From: Macrostomum lignano
Lineage: Eukaryota
Direction of reading: 5' to 3'
Assembly: GCA_002269645.1 (NCBI GenBank)
Contig: NIVC01000010.1
Span: 1,488,001-1,552,000, forward strand
DNA: 64,000 nt
The position numbers and the translations under genes were made by a program. Shown here in pieces: positions 56,426-64,000 of the stretch (the stretch's first letter is position 1; each line of letters begins with the position of its first letter). Under the pieces are notes generated by a model. The model searched no databases, had not been told where the DNA came from, and saw only the letters and a program-made list of their open reading frames with translations.

Positions 56426-59400
56426 CAATCTACCATTGTCTACTTCCAAAATCATATACACAATCTACCATTGTCAATGACAATACCATATACACAATCT
56501 ACCATTGTCTATGACAAAACCATATACACAATCTACCATTGTCTATGACAAAGCCATATACACAATCTACCATTGTCTATGACAAAACCATATACACAAT
56601 CTACCATTGTATATGACAAAACCATATACACAATCTACCATTGTATATGACAAAACCATATACACAATCTACCATTGTATATGACAAAACCATATACACA
56701 ATCTACCATTGTCTATGACAAAACCATATACACAATCTACCAGTGTCTATGACAAAACCATATACACAATCTACCATTGTCTATGGCAAAACCATATACA
56801 CAATCTACCATTGTCTACTTCCAAAATCATATACACAATCTACCATTGTCTACCTCCAAAACCATATACACAATCTACCAGTGTCTATGACAAAACCATA
56901 TACACAATCTACCATTGTCTACCTCCAAAACCATAAACACAATCTACCATTGTCTATGACAAAACCATATACACAATCTACCATTGTCTATGACAAAACC
57001 ATATACACAATCTACCATTGTCTATGACAAAACCATATACACAATCTACCATTGTCTATGACAAAACCATATACACAATCTACCCATTGTCTATGACAAA
57101 ACCATATACACAATCTACCATTGTCTATGACAAAACCATATACACAATCTACCATTGTATATGACAAAACCATATACACAATCTACCATTGTATATGACA
57201 AAACCATATACACAATCTACCATTGTCTATGACAAAACCATATACACAATCTACCAGTGTCTATGACAAAACCATATACACAATCTACCATTGTCTATGA
57301 CAAAACCATATACACAATCTACCATTGTCTACTTCCAAAATCATATACACAATCTACCATTGTCTACCTCCAAAACCATATACACAATCTACCAGTGTCT
57401 ATGACAAAACCATATACACAATCTACCATTGTCTACCTCCAAAACCATAAACACAATCTACCATTGTCTATGACAAAACCATATACACAATCTACCATTG
57501 TCTATGACAAAACCATATACACAATCTACCATTGTCTATGACAAAACCATATACACAATCTACCATTGTCTATGACAAAACCATATACACAATCTACCAT
57601 TGTCTATGACAAAACCATATACACAATCTACCATTGTCTATGACAAAACCATATACACAATCTACCATTGTCTATGACAAAACCATATACACAATCTACC
57701 CATTGTCTATGACAAAACCATAAACACAATCTACCATTGTCTACCTCCAAAACCATAAACACAATCTACCATTGTCTACCTCCAAAACCATAAACACAAT
57801 CTACCATTGTCTACCTCCAAAACCATAAACACAATCTACCATTGTCTATGACAAAACCATATACACAATCTACCATTGTCTATGACAAAACCATATACAC
57901 AATCTACCATTGTCTATCACAAAACCATATACACAATCTACCATTGTCTACCTCCAAAACCATAAACACAATCTACCATTGTCTATGACAAAACCATATA
58001 CACAATCTACCATTGTCTATGACAAAACCATATACACAATCTACCATTGTCTACTTCCAAAATCATATACACAATCTACCATTGTCTACCTCCAAAACCA
58101 TATACACAATCTACCAGTGTCTACCTCCAAAACCATATACACAATCTACCATTGTCTACCTCCAAAACCATAAACACAATCTACCATTGTCTATGACAAA
58201 ACCATAAACACAATCTACCATTGTCTACCTCCAAAACCATAAACACAATCTACCATTGTCTACCTCCAAAACCATAAACACAATCTACCATTGTCTATGA
58301 CAAAACCATAAACACAATCTACCATTGTCTACCTCCAAAACCATAAACACAATCTACCATTGTCTACCTCCAAAACCATAAACACAATCTACCATTGTCT
58401 ACCTCCAAAACCATAAACACAATCTACCATTGTCTATCACAAAACCATATACACAATCTACCATTGTCTATGACAAAACCATATACACAATCTACCATTG
58501 TCTACCTCCAAAACCATAAACACAATCTACCATTGTCTATGACAAAACCATATACACAATCTACCATTGTCTATGACAAAACCATATACACAATCTACCA
58601 GTGTCTATGACAAAACCATATACACAATCTACCATTGTCTACCTCCAAAACCATAAACACAATCTACCATTGTCTATGACAAAACCATATACACAATCTA
58701 CCATTGTCTATGACAAAACCATATACACAATCTACCATTGTCTATGACAAAACCATATACACAATCTACCATTGTCTATGACAAAACCATATACACAATC
58801 TACCCATTGTCTATGACAAAACCATATACACAATCTACCCATTGTCTATGACAAAACCATATACACAATCTACCATTGTCTATGACAAAACCATATACAC
58901 AATCTACCATTGTCTATGACAAAACCATAAACACAATCTACCATTGTCTACCTCCAAAACCATAAACACAATCTACCATTGTCTACCTCCAAAACCATAA
59001 ACACAATCTACCATTGTCTACCTCCAAAACCATAAACACAATCTACCATTGTCTATGACAAAACCATATACACAATCTACCATTGTCTATGACAAAACCA
59101 TATACACAATCTACCATTGTCTATCACAAAACCATATACACAATCTACCATTGTCTACCTCCAAAACCATAAACACAATCTACCATTGTCTATGACAAAA
59201 CCATATACACAATCTACCATTGTCTATGACAAAACCATATACACAATCTACCATTGTCTACTTCCAAAATCATATACACAATCTACCATTGTCTACCTCC
59301 AAAACCATATACACAATCTACCAGTGTCTATGACAAAACCATATACACAATCTACCATTGTCTACCTCCAAAACCATAAACACAATCTACCATTGTCTAT

Positions 59401-62400
59401 GACAAAACCATAAACACAATCTACCATTGTCTACCTCCAAAACCATAAACACAATCTACCATTGTCTACCTCCAAAACCATAAACACAATCTACCATTGT
59501 CTACCTCCAAAACCATAAACACAATCTACCATTGTCTACCTCCAAAACCATAAACACAATCTACCATTGTCTACCTCCAAAACCATAAACACAATCTACC
59601 ATTGTCTACCTCCAAAACCATAAACACAATCTACCATTGTCTATCACAAAACCATATACACAATCTACCATTGTCTATGACAAAACCATATACACAATCT
59701 ACCATTGTCTATGACAAAACCATATACACAATCTACCCATTGTCTATGACAAAACCATATACACAATCTACCCATTGTCTATGACAAAACCATATACACA
59801 ATCTACCATTGTCTATGACAAAACCATATACACAATCTACCCATTGTCTATGACAAAACCATAAACACAATCTACCATTGTCTACCTCCAAAACCATAAA
59901 CACAATCTACCATTGTCTACCTCCAAAACCATAAACACAATCTACCATTGTCTACCTCCAAAACCATAAACACAATCTACCATTGTCTATGACAAAACCA
60001 TATACACAATCTACCATTGTCTATGACAAAACCATATACACAATCTACCATTGTCTATCACAAAACCATATACACAATCTACCATTGTCTACCTCCAAAA
60101 CCATAAACACAATCTACCATTGTCTATGACAAAACCATATACACAATCTACCATTGTCTATGACAAAACCATATACACAATCTACCATTGTCTACTTCCA
60201 AAATCATATACACAATCTACCATTGTCTATGACAAAACCATATACACAATCTACCAGTGTCTATGACAAAACCATATACACAATCTACCATTGTCTACCT
60301 CCAAAACCATAAACACAATCTACCATTGTCTATGACAAAACCATAAACACAATCTACCATTGTCTACCTCCAAAACCATAAACACAATCTACCATTGTCT
60401 ACCTCCAAAACCATAAACACAATCTACCATTGTCTACCTCCAAAACCATAAACACAATCTACCATTGTCTACCTCCAAAACCATAAACACAATCTACCAT
60501 TGTCTACCTCCAAAACCATAAACACAATCTACCATTGTCTACCTCCAAAACCATAAACACAATCTACCATTGTCTATCACAAAACCATATACACAATCTA
60601 CCATTGTCTATGACAAAACCATATACACAATCTACCATTGTCTACCTCCAAAACCATAAACACAATCTACCATTGTCTATGACAAAACCATATACACAAT
60701 CTACCATTGTCTATGACAAAACCATATACACAATCTACCATTGTCTATGACAAAACCATATACACAATCTACCATTGTCTATGACAAAACCATATACACA
60801 ATCTACCATTGTCTATCACAAAACCATATACACAATCTACCATTGTCTATGACAAAACCATATACACAATCTACCCATTGTCTATGACAAAACCATATAC
60901 ACAATCTACCATTGTCTACCTCCAAAACCATATACACAATCTACCATTGTCTACCTCCAAAACCATAAACACAATCTACCCATTGTCTACCTCCAAAACC
61001 ATAAACACAATCTACCATTGTCTATGACAAAACCATATACACAATCTACCCATTGTCTATGACAAAACCATATACACAATCTACCATTGTCTATGACAAA
61101 ACCATATACACAATCTACCCATTGTCTATGACAAAACCATATACACAATCTACCCATTGTCTATGACAAAACCATATACACAATCTACCCATTGTCTATG
61201 ACAAAACCATATACACAATCTACCAGGTATCATTGTCTATGACAAAACCATATACACAATCTACCATTGTCTATCATAAAACCATATACACAATCTACCA
61301 TTGTCTATGACAAAACCATATACACAATCTACCCATTGTCTATGACAAAACCATATACACAATCTACCCATTGTCTATGACAAAACCATAAACACAATCT
61401 ACCATTGTCTACCTCCAAAACCATAAACACAATCTACCATTGTCTACCTCCAAAACCATAAACACAATCTACCATTGTCTACCTCCAAAACCATAAACAC
61501 AATCTACCATTGTCTATGACAAAACCATAAACACAATCTACCATTGTCTACCTCCAAAACCATAAACACAATCTACCATTGTCTATCACAAAACCATATA
61601 CACAATCTACCATTGTCTATGACACAACCATATACACAATCTACCATTGTCTATGACAAAACCATATACACAATCTACCCATTGTCTACCTCCAAAACCA
61701 TAAACACAATCTACCATTGTCTACCTCCAAAACCATATACACAATCTACCATTGTCTATGACAAAACCATATACACAATCTACCATTGTCTATGACAAAA
61801 CCATATACACAATCTACCCATTGTCTATGACAAAACCATATACACAATCTACCATTGTCTATGACAAAACCATATACACAATCTACCATTGTCTATGACA
61901 AAACCATATACACAATCTACCAGGTATCATTGTCTATGACAAAACCATATACACAATCTACCATTGTCTATCACAAAACCATATACACAATCTACCATTG
62001 TCTATGACAAAACCATATACACAATCTACCATTGTCTACCTCCAAAACCATATACACAATCTACCATTGTCTATGACAAAACCATATGCACAATCTACCC
62101 ATTGTCTACCTCCAAAACCATAAACACAATCTACCATTGTCTACCTCCAAAACCATAAACACAATCTACCATTGTCTACCTCCAAAACCATAAACACAAT
62201 CTACCATTGTCTACCTCCAAAACCATAAACACAATCTACCATTGTCTACCTCCAAAACCATAAACACAATCTACCATTGTCTACCTCCAAAACCATAAAC
62301 ACAATCTACCATTGTCTATCACAAAACCATATACACAATCTACCATTGTCTATGACAAAACCATATACACAATCTACCATTGTCTATGACAAAACCATAT

Positions 62401-64000
62401 ACACAATCTACCCATTGTCTATGACAAAACCATATACACAATCTACCATTGTCTATGACAAAACCATATACACAATCTACCATTGTCTATGACAAAACCA
62501 TATACACAATCTACCATTGTCTATGACAAAACCATAAACACAATCTACCATTGTCTACCTCCAAAACCATAAACACAATCTACCATTGTCTACCTCCAAA
62601 ACCATAAACACAATCTACCATTGTCTACCTCCAAAACCATAAACACAATCTACCATTGTCTATGACAAAACCATATACACAATCTACCATTGTCTATGAC
62701 AAAACCATATACACAATCTACCATTGTCTATCACAAAACCATATACACAATCTACCATTGTCTACCTCCAAAACCATAAACACAATCTACCATTGTCTAT
62801 GACAAAACCATATACACAATCTACCATTGTCTATGACAAAACCATATACACAATCTACCATTGTCTACTTCCAAAATCATATACACAATCTACCATTGTC
62901 TACCTCCAAAACCATATACACAATCTACCAGTGTCTATGACAAAACCATATACACAATCTACCATTGTCTACCTCCAAAACCATAAACACAATCTACCAT
63001 TGTCTATGACAAAACCATAAACACAATCTACCATTGTCTACCTCCAAAACCATAAACACAATCTACCATTGTCTACCTCCAAAACCATAAACACAATCTA
63101 CCATTGTCTACCTCCAAAACCATAAACACAATCTACCATTGTCTACCTCCAAAACCATAAACACAATCTACCATTGTCTACCTCCAAAACCATAAACACA
63201 ATCTACCATTGTCTACCTCCAAAACCATAAACACAATCTACCATTGTCTATCACAAAACCATATACACAATCTACCATTGTCTATGACAAAACCATATAC
63301 ACAATCTACCATTGTCTACCTCCAAAACCATAAACACAATCTACCATTGTCTATGACAAAACCATATACACAATCTACCATTGTCTATGACAAAACCATA
63401 TACACAATCTACCATTGTCTATGACAAAACCATATACACAATCTACCATTGTCTATGACGAAACCATATACACAATCTACCATTGTCTATCACAAAACCA
63501 TATACACAATCTACCATTGTCTATGACAAAACCATATACACAATCTACCCATTGTCTATGACAAAACCATATACACAATCTACCATTGTCTACCTCCAAA
63601 ACCATATACACAATCTACCATTGTCTACCTCCAAAACCATAAACACAATCTACCATTGTCTACCTCCAAAACCATAAACACAATCTACCATTGTCTATGA
63701 CAAAACCATATACACAATCTACCATTGTCTATGACAAAACCATATACACAATCTACCATTGTCTATGACAAAACCATATACACAATCTACCCATTGTCTA
63801 TGACAAAACCATATACACAATCTACCCATTGTCTATGACAAAACCATATACACAATCTACCATTGTCTATGACAAAACCATATACACAATCTACCAGGTA
63901 TCATTGTCTATGACAAAACCATATACACAATCTACCATTGTCTATCATAAAACCATATACACAATCTACCATTGTCTATGACAAAACCATATACACAATC
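56426..64000. repeat. 34-bp satellite DNA (ccattgtctatgacaaaaccatatacacaatcta) with variant monomers and higher-order repeats
   Basis: Period 34; variants ctacctccaaaaccataa, ctacttccaaaatc, ctatcaca, accagtgt, tacccatt, accaggtatcatt. Runs to the window end. Confidence 0.99.

Noticed and set aside
56426-64000. CRISPR-like array or repeated short ORFs (MTKPYTQSTIV...)
   Set aside because: These are head-to-tail monomers with no unique spacers and no cas genes in a eukaryotic context; the ORFs are translation artefacts of the repeat.

Overview
Repeat-rich animal (invertebrate) genomic DNA with GT-AG introns; the composition is compatible with a flatworm such as Macrostomum, which is an inference only. 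All coordinates were counted by hand and may be off by a few nt. From left to right: (1) a 3.3-kb CpG-eroded zone of dead transposons; (2) a three-level nest: an APE-RT LINE, interrupted by a ~340-bp CCC-ended MITE (TSD TTT), interrupted in turn by a 7.85-kb Polinton/Maverick (AGTAGT ends, 155-bp TIRs, TSD CACGTT). The Polinton keeps a tandem-PC4 ORF, integrase, minor capsid, a basic core-like ORF and a Cys/His accessory ORF. It has lost the C-terminal half of the major capsid, the ATPase, the protease and most of pPolB, and the deletion junction is a perfect 14-bp hairpin; (3) a decayed Gypsy with a single LTR, flanked by ~197-bp direct repeats; (4) two Crypton-like tyrosine-recombinase remnants around a 1.8-kb foldback element; (5) three tandem 3-exon SUR1/OCH1-like GT32 glycosyltransferase paralogs with patchwork similarity, their introns holding SINEs, MITEs and minisatellites; (6) a 4-exon carboxypeptidase Q gene with no visible signal peptide; (7) an intact, very young Copia element inserted in a minisatellite; (8) a 2-exon divergent IRF gene; (9) more than 7.5 kb of 34-bp satellite with higher-order repeats, running off the window end.
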